Below are positions 1 through 8,385 of a stretch of DNA of 32,448 nt, piece by piece (the stretch's first letter is position 1; every line of letters begins with the position of its first letter). Origin of the DNA: a virus (lineage: Duplodnaviria; Caudoviricetes); IMG/VR virus record IMGVR_UViG_3300046779_000163, positions 1-32,448 of that record, one strand, 5' to 3'. The notes below the pieces were generated by a model that was given only the letters and a program-made list of their open reading frames with translations, made no database searches and was not told the origin of the DNA. Made by a program: the position numbers and the translations under genes.

Positions 1-127
1 GTTGTTATTGGCAGTTAAAGCAAAGGTTGAAATATCCAAATACAAGAGGCTTGATAGGTCGTGCAGTCCTAAAGACACTTAAAGAAACTACATTGGTTTC
101 GTTCTTTCAAGTAGCTAAGTTACAAGG
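1..127. repeat. Terminal direct repeat, copy 1 (circular assembly overlap)
   Basis: 1-127 is identical to 32322-32448. It lies inside terL, and 127 nt is a typical assembler k-mer, so it most likely marks circularity. Confidence 0.95.
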
Positions 128-1208
128 ATTAGAAGCTGGTAAGCATTACAAGTACAACGGACAAATGAGCCAAATAGAATTATTTAACGGCTCAGTTATT
201 CTACTCAAAGACCTTTACGCTTACCCAAGCGACCCAAACTTTGATGAATTAGGTTCGTTAGAGATAACTGATGCATTTATAGATGAAGCTAACCAGATAG
301 AAGATAAAGCACGAAATATTATCAAGTCAAGGATTAGATACCAGCTTGATGAAAACGAATTAATACCTAAAGTTCTTTACACTTGTAACCCAGCTAAGAA
401 CTGGACCTATTCGGAGTTTTATAAACCACAAGTAGATAACACAATTGCACCTAATAAACGATTTGTAGCCTCACTAATTGATGACAATCCATTTATCTCT
501 AAACACTACAAGGAAAACCTTTTAACATTGGACACAGTTTCAAAGGAGCGTTTGCTTTTTGGTAACTGGGAATATTCAAACGACCCATCAACATTAATAG
601 ATTATGATAAAATTCTTGATGCTTTTAATAGCAGCTATATTCCTACTGGTTCACGATATATTAGTTGTGATGTTGCTCGTTTTGGGTCTGATTCTACTGT
701 CATTGGTATTTGGGATGGTTATCGTGTTAAGTTGCATCAGTATCAAGGCAAATCAGTTGTTGAAGTGGCTGAAATCATAAAACAATACCAAGCAGAGTTT
801 CAGATACCTAATTCTCAAGTAGTGGTGGATTCTGACGGTGTTGGAGGTGGAGTAGCAGATATGATACAAGGTTGTAAGAACTTTGTAAATAATAGTTCTC
901 CATTAGAAAACCCAATAACAAGACAAAAAGAAAACTTTGATAATCTAAAGTCTCAATGCTATTACAAGTTAGCAGAGTACATAAACGATAACAAGATATT
1001 TATAAACGCAACTGGTACAATCAAAGAAAAGATTATCCAAGAGTTAGAGCAAGTAAAACAAAAAGCAGTAGATAACGATGGTAAAAAAGGAATAATACCT
1101 AAAGACAAAGTCAAAGCATTGATAGGTCGTTCTCCAGACTTTAGCGACTGCCTTGCTATGAGAATGGTTTTTGAATACACTCCTAAATTTCAAGTAAGCG
1201 TATTCTAA
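1..1208 (+). CDS. terL: Terminase large subunit, 3' part (full gene joins 32216..32321 + 1..1208, 437 aa)
   Basis: Walker B-like FIDEANQ, coupling motif TCNP, nuclease motifs CDVARFGSD and SPDFSD. In frame with the Walker A segment at the window end. Confidence 0.95.
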   Translation, partial: CYWQLKQRLKYPNTRGLIGRAVLKTLKETTLVSFFQVAKLQGLEAGKHYKYNGQMSQIELFNGSVILLKDLYAYPSDPNFDELGSLEITDAFIDEANQIEDKARNIIKSRIRYQLDENELIPKVLYTCNPAKNWTYSEFYKPQVDNTIAPNKRFVASLIDDNPFISKHYKENLLTLDTVSKERLLFGNWEYSNDPSTLIDYDKILDAFNSSYIPTGSRYISCDVARFGSDSTVIGIWDGYRVKLHQYQGKSVVEVAEIIKQYQAEFQIPNSQVVVDSDGVGGGVADMIQGCKNFVNNSSPLENPITRQKENFDNLKSQCYYKLAEYINDNKIFINATGTIKEKIIQELEQVKQKAVDNDGKKGIIPKDKVKALIGRSPDFSDCLAMRMVFEYTPKFQVSVF

Positions 1209-1219
1209 TATAAAATCTT

Positions 1220-1227
1220 TAACTTTG
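1220..1227 (+). promoter_or_regulatory. Bacteroidota-type -7 promoter box (TAACTTTG)
   Basis: TAnnTTTG consensus in the gap before the portal gene. Confidence 0.6.
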
Positions 1228-1243
1228 ACTAAAATATACACAA

Positions 1244-2620
1244 ATGGGATTATTTGACTTCTTGAAAAAAAGACAGAAGCTAAACACTATTTTACCTAAC
1301 ATACCTTTTAACGGACAAGTAGCAATACAACAAGGCATTGTAACTTGGCAAGGTGGAGATAATATTAGTTTTGTTAAGGAAGGCTATCAAGCTAATGATA
1401 TTGTCTATTCAATTGTAAAGCTAATTACTGATAAAGTAAAGATTGCCCCTTGGCATGTTTACAAAGTAGTAGATGAAGTTTCAGCTAAGAAGTACAAGGC
1501 TTTAATGAGTCAACCAGATAAAATTGAAAACTGGAAAGAAGTTCATAAGCTGCATAAAAAAGCATTTGAGATTTACGATGGTGATTCAAGATTAAATGAA
1601 TTGCTTAAATACCCAAACCAAGAGGACACATGGGGTGATTTAATTGAGGCATGGGCTGGTTTTAAATTAGTTACTGGTAATTCTTTTGTGTATGCTAAAA
1701 TGATTGAAGGCGGAGCAAATACTGGCAAACCTTATGAATTGTTTGTATTGCCGTCTCAGTATATGTATATCATAGCTAATACAATGGAGTTCCCTCCAAC
1801 GATAGCTGGTTATCAATTAAATTATGGTCCTTTATGGGATTTTAGCAAACAAGAAATATTACAAGATAAATACTTTAACCCACAATGGAATACTACTGGA
1901 AATCAATTGTATGGTCAATCTCCGTTAATGGCTGCTGCGAAAAACTTGACTCGTTCGAACGAAGCCAAGACTGCGGCGGTTGCATCTTTCCAGAATGGCG
2001 GTCCAGCTGGAGTTCTTTTTATGAACGATGATAGATTCGACCCAATAAGCGGAAATCAACAAGCACAAGCATTAAAGAGAGCAGTAAGTGAGAAAGGTGG
2101 AGCAACTAACTTTAATTCAATTGCAGTTAGTGGTTATAAAGTAGATTGGAAACAAATAGGATTAAGTCCGGTAGAACTTGACATTATTGAAAGTGAAAAG
2201 TGGGATATGAAAGCACTTTGCAATATTTACGGAGTACCGGCACAATTATTAAACGATAGCGAGAATAAGACATACAATAACCAACGAGAGGGCGAAAAGG
2301 CTTTAACTCTTAGATGTGCTTTGCCTTTATTAACTGGAATGAGAGATAACATTAACAGAAAGTTACACTCTGACTGGGGTTATAAAGGAACTAATATTTA
2401 TGTTGATTATGACGCATCTATTTACGGAGAACTTGAGGCTAACAAGAACGAGCAAGTAGAATGGTTAGATAAAGCGTGGTGGATTGCTCCTAAGCAAAAG
2501 ATGGACATAATGGGATTGGAAATACCAGACTACATAAAAGAAGAGGAAATGGAGAAACTTTATATTCCAAGTTCTTTACAACCAGTAGATGATTTCCAAC
2601 CATTACAAATACCAGAGTAA
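1244..2620 (+). CDS. Portal protein (HK97-like)
   Basis: Follows terL; 458 aa; motifs LVTGNSF, YGQSPL, FQNGGPAG, CNIYGVP, KTYNN. Confidence 0.93.
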   Translation: MGLFDFLKKRQKLNTILPNIPFNGQVAIQQGIVTWQGGDNISFVKEGYQANDIVYSIVKLITDKVKIAPWHVYKVVDEVSAKKYKALMSQPDKIENWKEVHKLHKKAFEIYDGDSRLNELLKYPNQEDTWGDLIEAWAGFKLVTGNSFVYAKMIEGGANTGKPYELFVLPSQYMYIIANTMEFPPTIAGYQLNYGPLWDFSKQEILQDKYFNPQWNTTGNQLYGQSPLMAAAKNLTRSNEAKTAAVASFQNGGPAGVLFMNDDRFDPISGNQQAQALKRAVSEKGGATNFNSIAVSGYKVDWKQIGLSPVELDIIESEKWDMKALCNIYGVPAQLLNDSENKTYNNQREGEKALTLRCALPLLTGMRDNINRKLHSDWGYKGTNIYVDYDASIYGELEANKNEQVEWLDKAWWIAPKQKMDIMGLEIPDYIKEEEMEKLYIPSSLQPVDDFQPLQIPE

Positions 2621-3495
2621 TGATTTGGCAAGATTATCGTAAACTTTATGCAAACGCATTAAAGACCTACTCGCCTAAGTTCAAAAAAGAACTACAAAAG
2701 CAAGTAGATACTTATTGCCGTACTCAAGATTACGATGCCATAAGTGATAAAGCCTTAAAAAAGACCATTAAGCAACTCCATGTGTCATTAGGTACTAAGA
2801 TGGCACTAATAGCAGAGAAAGATGTTAAAAAGCTATCTAAAGGGCATATAGGTCCATTTGAGGGCAAGTCAGCAAAGACTGATTTATTTTCTTATGTTAT
2901 TTTACAATACTTAGAAAGACAAGGCTTAGATAAATTAGCAGCAGATATTACTGATACTACAAAAGAACAAATTAGGAGGTATCTTATGCAAGGTGCGGAC
3001 AAAGGTCTAAGCTATGCTGAAATGATACCCTTACTAAGACAAGCTGGGATTACTGATTACAGAGCAGAACTAATAGCAAGAACTGAAACATCAAGAGCAG
3101 CCAATGCTGGGTCAATGGTAGGTGCTTTATCTACTGGCTTAGTTACTGTTAAAGAATGGATAGCAACAAAAGACAATAGGACTCGTAGATTTCCAAGAGA
3201 TAGTGCGGACCATTTACACATGGATGGAGTACAAGTTCCAATAGATACAAAGTTTCAAGTAGACGGTAAAGGATTTATAGATTTTATGTTACATCCCGGA
3301 GATTCAACGGCACATGCAGCAAATGTTTGTAATTGTAGATGCACATTAGGATATGAGGCAGTAAGAGGGGCAGATGGGCAATTATTAAAACTACAAAATA
3401 ACCCACCAAAAGGTGATGCTGGAGTTATTTGGGGTTTGCTTGGAAATGTATTAGGAATGACAATTGGTAATCTTGTAGCCGAAGCGTTGCAATAA
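2620..3495 (+). CDS. Minor head protein, MuF / SPP1 gp7-like
   Basis: RAELIARTETSRA, KEWIATKDNRTR, H..MDG, and HPGD...NCRC motifs; located between portal and protease. Confidence 0.88.
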   Translation: MIWQDYRKLYANALKTYSPKFKKELQKQVDTYCRTQDYDAISDKALKKTIKQLHVSLGTKMALIAEKDVKKLSKGHIGPFEGKSAKTDLFSYVILQYLERQGLDKLAADITDTTKEQIRRYLMQGADKGLSYAEMIPLLRQAGITDYRAELIARTETSRAANAGSMVGALSTGLVTVKEWIATKDNRTRRFPRDSADHLHMDGVQVPIDTKFQVDGKGFIDFMLHPGDSTAHAANVCNCRCTLGYEAVRGADGQLLKLQNNPPKGDAGVIWGLLGNVLGMTIGNLVAEALQ

Positions 3496-3507
3496 TAAAA
3501 AATATAA

Positions 3508-3515
3508 TAACTTTG
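3508..3515 (+). promoter_or_regulatory. -7 promoter box TAACTTTG, 4 nt before the ATG (possible leaderless transcript)
   Basis: TAACTTTG-tttt-ATG(3520). Confidence 0.6.
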
Positions 3516-3519
3516 TTTT

Positions 3520-4266
3520 ATGAGTAAAATTGAACAAAAGGGATATGATGAAATGTTATTAGACATTGTCCCAGAAACAAGAACAGTTAAAGCGTGTTGG
3601 TCTCGTTTAGGTAATGTAGATTTAGACGGTGATATTATCGTTGCTGAAGCGTTTACTAAAACAATTAAAGAAAGAGGACCAGCGGGAAAAAATATGATTT
3701 GGTCATTAGTTGACCACAAAGCAGATATGGCACATACTTTAGGTAAGCCTAAAGAATTGTATATTGAAGGCGACATGCTTGTAGCAGTTACAGATTTAAT
3801 TGAGACTGAGTGTGGCGAAGATGCAATCAAATTGTATGAAGCTGGTTTAATCAATCAACACTCAATTGGTTTTACTACATTAAAAAGCACAGTTGACCAA
3901 AAGACTGGAGTAAGAACAATTACAGAATTAAAACTGTATGAAGGTTCAGCGGTTCTATGGGGTGCTAATCCAGAAACTCCAACTTTAGGTTTCAAAGGTG
4001 AATTCAAGGAGAACAAAGAAACATTATCTTTGCGTTTAGAAAACTTGATTAAGGCATTTAGAGGTGGCACATTTACTGATGACACTTTTGCTTTAATGGA
4101 GATTCAAATAAAACAAATACAAACTGCATTATTAGAACTTGAAATTGTAGAAACTATCACTCAACCCGAGCCATCAGTTGAGCCGACCGAAACAGTAGTA
4201 GAGGAGAAAAGTAATGAGGAAGTATTGAAAGCAATCAAACAATTTAACAATCTATTTAAAAAGTAA
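3520..4266 (+). CDS. Prohead maturation protease (HK97/S78-like)
   Basis: GNVDLDGDII..AF, DH, SIGF, LYEGSAVLWGANP; directly upstream of the capsid gene. Confidence 0.92.
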   Translation: MSKIEQKGYDEMLLDIVPETRTVKACWSRLGNVDLDGDIIVAEAFTKTIKERGPAGKNMIWSLVDHKADMAHTLGKPKELYIEGDMLVAVTDLIETECGEDAIKLYEAGLINQHSIGFTTLKSTVDQKTGVRTITELKLYEGSAVLWGANPETPTLGFKGEFKENKETLSLRLENLIKAFRGGTFTDDTFALMEIQIKQIQTALLELEIVETITQPEPSVEPTETVVEEKSNEEVLKAIKQFNNLFKK

Positions 4267-4268
4267 AA

Positions 4269-5363
4269 ATGGAAAATTTAATCAACGAAATGGCAGAGAA
4301 CCTTAAAGGTTTTCAAGCTAATGCAGAAGCTCAAATTAAAGAAGTAGCTGCATCTGTAACTGTTGTAAAAGATGAGTTACAAAAACAAATCGATTCTCAA
4401 TTAGCTGCTCAAAAGAAAGCTGCTAAGAAAGAAGTAAAGCACATTGACGAAGTTATCATGGAGAAATTAGACGGTAATTTCGATGCAATGGAAAAATCTT
4501 TGAAGTCTAACGGTAAATATCGTTTAGATTTATCTGATGTTAAGACAATGACTTTAAGTGGTAACTTAACTGGTGATGCTCAAGCATCTTATGCTCCAAA
4601 CCCAGCTATTCAACCAGCACAAAGCATCAACTTTAGAGATTTAATCCCTACTGTTAGAAGCGAAAGCGGTTTGTATGTTTACTATCGTGAGAATAGCGGT
4701 TTGACTAACAACATTGCTAACCAAACTGAAGGTGCTGATAAAGGTGAGAACAATTACTCTTTAACTGAAGTTAAAGTTGTAAACGACTACTTAGCTGGTT
4801 TCTCAACTTTCTCTAAGCAAATGTTAAAGTCTTTACCTTTCATGACTCAAACATTGCCAAGAATGTTACAAAGAGATTTCTTTAAGGCAGAGAACGCTGC
4901 ATTTTTCTCTACTGTATCTGGTGCTGCAACTGGTTCTACTACAACTGCAGAAACTAACGACTTGTTACAATTGATTGATTACATCGGTAACCAAAAGACT
5001 GCAAACTTCGTACCTTCTTATGCTTTAGTATCTCAAACTCAAATGGGTAGATTATTGAAAGCTACTGTTGCTGCTGGTTACTATGCTGGTAACGGTTCTG
5101 TAATCGTTTCTCCTAACGGTGGCATCACTATCTGGGGTGTTCCAGTAGTATCTGCATCTTGGGTAACTGATGACAAAGTATTAATCTTCGATTCAAGCTA
5201 CTTAGAGCGTGTAGAAGTTGAAGGTTTAGCTATCGAGTTCTCTTATGAGAATGGCGAGAACTTCCAAAAGAACTTAGTAACTGCTCGTATTGAGTGTTAC
5301 GAAGACATCAACTTAATGTTGACTACTTCAGCTATCTATGCTGACATGGGTAATGTTTCTTAA
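4269..5363 (+). CDS. Major capsid protein (HK97 fold)
   Basis: N-terminal coiled-coil delta-like domain, EGADK, IWGVPVV, FQKNLVTARIE; strong codon bias; followed by a terminator. Confidence 0.93.
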   Translation: MENLINEMAENLKGFQANAEAQIKEVAASVTVVKDELQKQIDSQLAAQKKAAKKEVKHIDEVIMEKLDGNFDAMEKSLKSNGKYRLDLSDVKTMTLSGNLTGDAQASYAPNPAIQPAQSINFRDLIPTVRSESGLYVYYRENSGLTNNIANQTEGADKGENNYSLTEVKVVNDYLAGFSTFSKQMLKSLPFMTQTLPRMLQRDFFKAENAAFFSTVSGAATGSTTTAETNDLLQLIDYIGNQKTANFVPSYALVSQTQMGRLLKATVAAGYYAGNGSVIVSPNGGITIWGVPVVSASWVTDDKVLIFDSSYLERVEVEGLAIEFSYENGENFQKNLVTARIECYEDINLMLTTSAIYADMGNVS

Positions 5364-5376
5364 TATTAACCAATCT

Positions 5377-5417
5377 ATAATAAAGACCCCATCTTAACCG
5401 GTGGGGTTTTTTATTAT
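5377..5417 (+). terminator. Rho-independent terminator after the capsid gene
   Basis: Stem GACCCCATC(5385-93)/GGTGGGGTT(5400-08) followed by a T-run; A-rich on the left, so possibly bidirectional. Confidence 0.85.
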
Positions 5418-5425
5418 AATTAATG

Positions 5426-5433
5426 TAAATTTG
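5426..5433 (+). promoter_or_regulatory. -7 promoter box TAAATTTG
   Basis: TAnnTTTG just after the terminator and before the head-tail genes. Confidence 0.6.
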
Positions 5434-5446
5434 TAAAAAATGGGAT

Positions 5447-5974
5447 ATGTACACATTCATAAATGATTATCAATTTTCTAATAATACTCCAGTAACAGAA
5501 CCGGTTACACTTGCAGAGGCTAAATTGTATTGCAGAGTAAGTACAACTACTGAGGATGCATTAATAGAAACAATGATTACTCAAGCAAGAGAGGCTATAG
5601 AATTAGCAACTAACTTAAGTTTGATACCTCGCCAAGTAGAAGTATGGTTTAACAATCAAGGTGGTTTTTTTCAGTTGCCTTTTGGACCAGTAACTTATTT
5701 ACTTGCAGTCTATGATAACAATGGAGATGAAATCACTGGTAATGAATTAAAGGTAGTTGGTGGTGCTTATCCTAAAATCAATTTTCCTACTCAAGCTGAT
5801 ATGAAAGCAGTTTACAACGCTGGGTTTGATTGCCTACCAAAAGACCTTAAAATAGCTATCTTAGACCAAGTAAGCTATGATTACGAGAACAGAGGTTTAG
5901 ATTCAAATTCTGGTATTTGTGAGAAAACATGGAGAGCATGTCAAAGATGGTCTAAAACTTCGCCAATATTATAA
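5447..5974 (+). CDS. Head-tail connector (HK97 gp6 / SPP1 gp15-like)
   Basis: EPVTLAEAKLYCRV...EDALIETMITQARE, P.DLKIAIL....YENRG. Confidence 0.88.
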   Translation: MYTFINDYQFSNNTPVTEPVTLAEAKLYCRVSTTTEDALIETMITQAREAIELATNLSLIPRQVEVWFNNQGGFFQLPFGPVTYLLAVYDNNGDEITGNELKVVGGAYPKINFPTQADMKAVYNAGFDCLPKDLKIAILDQVSYDYENRGLDSNSGICEKTWRACQRWSKTSPIL

Positions 5975-5975
5975 T

Positions 5976-6317
5976 ATGAAATTAGGTAAAGCAAAAACTG
6001 ATTATGTAGATGCTAACTCAATGACACGCCAAGTGTTATTATACGCACCAACTCGCACAAGTGATGGTCAAGGTGGTTATACTACTACATTTGCCCTACA
6101 AAGCACCGTTTGGGGCGATTTAAGACCAGATAATAAAGTAAGAAACTTAGGCGAGTCAGAATTACAGTTTGACCAACGAATGAGCCTTTATATTCGTTAT
6201 GGCGTAACGATTAGCGACACATACGAAGTAGAGATAGAAGGTTCAAGATATACAATACATTCTATTAAGGATGTAGAAAACCAGCATAGATTTTACGAAC
6301 TTGTAATTTACAGATAA
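5976..6317 (+). CDS. Head closure / head-tail joining protein
   Basis: SDGQGG...TVWG, YIRY, YTIHSIKDVENQHRF. ATG at 5976 is preferred over the overlapping start at 5919. Confidence 0.82.
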   Translation: MKLGKAKTDYVDANSMTRQVLLYAPTRTSDGQGGYTTTFALQSTVWGDLRPDNKVRNLGESELQFDQRMSLYIRYGVTISDTYEVEIEGSRYTIHSIKDVENQHRFYELVIYR

Positions 6318-6850
6318 TGGACCAAATTATATTTAGACCAGAAGGATTTGAAAAATTATATGCAAAGTTTAAATCTGTAAATGAAGCGGCAAGAACTGAG
6401 ATAAAAGATGAGTTTAATGCATCAGCTTTAAAAATACAATCTACTGCTAAAAAACTTGCACCAGTTAATTTTGGGCAATTAAGAAATAGTATAGTATTAT
6501 CTGAGGTTGGAGATGAGTCTAATTTTGTGTTTACAGTTAGTGCAAAGGCAAAATATTCACCTTATGTAGAATTTGGAACTGGTCCTAAAGTAAGTGTACC
6601 AGCTAATTATTCAGAATATGCAGCTAAATTTAAAGGCAATAAAGGTGGAACATTTAAAGAGATGGTAGATGCTTTGATTTTATGGGTAAGGAGAAAAGGG
6701 ATAGGTGGAGGTAATGATAAGGCAACGGCTTATGTAATTGCAAGAAGTATTTTAAGAAAAGGATTAAGACCGCAACCTTTTTTAATACCAGCATTTGAGC
6801 AAGAAAAACCAAAATTATTAAAACGAATTAAACAGATATTAAATGCTTAA
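6317..6850 (+). CDS. HK97 gp10-like tail completion protein
   Basis: AKKLAPVNFGQLRNSI, YSPYVEFGTG, RPQPFLIPAF. Confidence 0.88.
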   Translation: MDQIIFRPEGFEKLYAKFKSVNEAARTEIKDEFNASALKIQSTAKKLAPVNFGQLRNSIVLSEVGDESNFVFTVSAKAKYSPYVEFGTGPKVSVPANYSEYAAKFKGNKGGTFKEMVDALILWVRRKGIGGGNDKATAYVIARSILRKGLRPQPFLIPAFEQEKPKLLKRIKQILNA

Positions 6851-7250
6851 TCCTAATATAGAAATAAAGAAATGGTTTTATACTAACTTGACAAGTGCAA
6901 GTGGATTAACCGTTTATGATGGCATTGCCCCAGATGGTGCTGGTAGCGAATATATCGTAATGGAAGGCAGAACATCAAGCCAAGAGCAAGGCAAAAGCGG
7001 ATATACAAACTCTATTAGCATTGATGTAGACATTGTTACAAAAAATGCTAACTTTGGCTATAAACGAGCTGAAGAAATTAGCAATTTGGTTTTAACTGCT
7101 ATTAATTCAGATACTAACATAGTATTGGCAAACGGCTTTTATAGTTCGTCTTTAAGTGTGGGAAGTATCAGAAATTTAGATGGTTTAAACCCTTTAGATA
7201 ATGTATTTAGAACGATTATAACATATAACATAATAATAACTCAAAATTAA
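6843..7250 (+). CDS. Tail terminator (DUF3168-like)
   Basis: Position before the tail tube; VYDGIAPD...YIV pattern; 135 aa. Confidence 0.75.
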   Translation: MLNPNIEIKKWFYTNLTSASGLTVYDGIAPDGAGSEYIVMEGRTSSQEQGKSGYTNSISIDVDIVTKNANFGYKRAEEISNLVLTAINSDTNIVLANGFYSSSLSVGSIRNLDGLNPLDNVFRTIITYNIIITQN

Positions 7251-7256
7251 AATAAA

Positions 7257-7697
7257 ATGGCAGAAACTAAAGTATCAGCAAGGGATTACATCCTATTAGC
7301 AGACATCGATGGAGACTCAACTTATAAACCAGTTGCTTGTCTTACTTCAAACTCTTTAACATCAACTGTAAACACAATTGATGCAACTTCTAAATGTGGA
7401 GACCAATTCCAACCCGGTCCATCTTTTACTCAATCTTTTGAGTGTGAAGGTTTTGCAATTGATGAAACTGGAACTCCAGCTAAAGATAGCTACCAACAGT
7501 TATATGCTGCTCACGCTGCAAGAACTGTATTTTCTATGAAAATGGGTAAAGCTACTCCAGCTGCTGGTGATATCACTTATAGCGGTCAAGTATGGATTTC
7601 TAACTTTGATGTAAACGCAGATGATAAAGATGATGTTAAATTTACTGCAACATTTGTAGTATATGCACCGCCAGTAACACAAAATGAAACTGTATAA
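7257..7697 (+). CDS. Major tail (tube) protein
   Basis: ACLTSNSLT.TVNTIDATSKC, beta-rich sequence, position and size. Confidence 0.85.
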   Translation: MAETKVSARDYILLADIDGDSTYKPVACLTSNSLTSTVNTIDATSKCGDQFQPGPSFTQSFECEGFAIDETGTPAKDSYQQLYAAHAARTVFSMKMGKATPAAGDITYSGQVWISNFDVNADDKDDVKFTATFVVYAPPVTQNETV

Positions 7698-7713
7698 ACA
7701 ATAAAAAACCACT

Positions 7714-8085
7714 ATGTATAAATTAGAACTAAACAACAAAACAATAGATTTAAAATGGGGTACATGGGCAATGCGTGAGGTTTGTAAAGATAAAGGCATA
7801 ACCATAGACCAATATTTTGAATTAATAGGAGCAACAGTTTTAGACTTAGATACTATTATTAAGTTAGTTTATGCTGGTTATAAAGCAGCTTGTAATAGTA
7901 ACAAAACGCCATTAGAATACACTGAAAATGATGTATGCGAGTGGTTAGATGAATTAGGAGGTATATTTAATACAGATGGTCCATTAATGGGGTATTTCAA
8001 ATACATCGTTGAGAATACCATAACTGCGGTAAGTGGTACGCCTAAAGAAGAAAAAAAAAAGTCTAATAAAGCTAAGCTGGGATGA
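7714..8085 (+). CDS. Tail assembly chaperone (lambda G-like)
   Basis: Located between tail tube and tape measure; ends in an A10 run encoding EKKK. Confidence 0.8.
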   Translation: MYKLELNNKTIDLKWGTWAMREVCKDKGITIDQYFELIGATVLDLDTIIKLVYAGYKAACNSNKTPLEYTENDVCEWLDELGGIFNTDGPLMGYFKYIVENTITAVSGTPKEEKKKSNKAKLG

Positions 8086-8383
8086 TATTTTAGTTAAGGC
8101 TGCCGAATGTAATATACGCCCAAGCGAGTTTTGGGAGATGACTTGGAAAGACTTTTCTATTATTGTAATGGGAAAGGAAAAACAAGAGTTAAACGAATGG
8201 GCGAGGACACGAAACCTCGCCTATATTGTATATCTAAGTAGCACTTCAGAAAAAACGCCAAAAAGTTTAAAAGCATTTTGGCACATACCAGAAATTGATG
8301 ACATAAAACCAGCAGAAGAAAAGGTTATGCTAACAAATGAACAATTAGCACGAACTCTAAAAATGTACGGCGTAAATAAATAA
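8051..8383 (+). CDS. Tail assembly chaperone C-terminal extension (T-like), probably expressed by a frame change at the A10 run
   Basis: Overlapping ORF with the motif IRPSEFWEMTWKDF, which begins upstream of its first ATG (8138). Confidence 0.7.
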   Translation, partial: KKKSLIKLSWDDILVKAAECNIRPSEFWEMTWKDFSIIVMGKEKQELNEWARTRNLAYIVYLSSTSEKTPKSLKAFWHIPEIDDIKPAEEKVMLTNEQLARTLKMYGVNK

Positions 8384-8385
8384 AA

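Noticed and set aside
1-127. Biological terminal repeat of the virion DNA
   Set aside because: It interrupts terL and has a typical assembler k-mer length; it is better explained as circular overlap.
27-1208. terL starting at TTG 27
   Set aside because: This version lacks Walker A; the true start is ATG 32216 across the junction.
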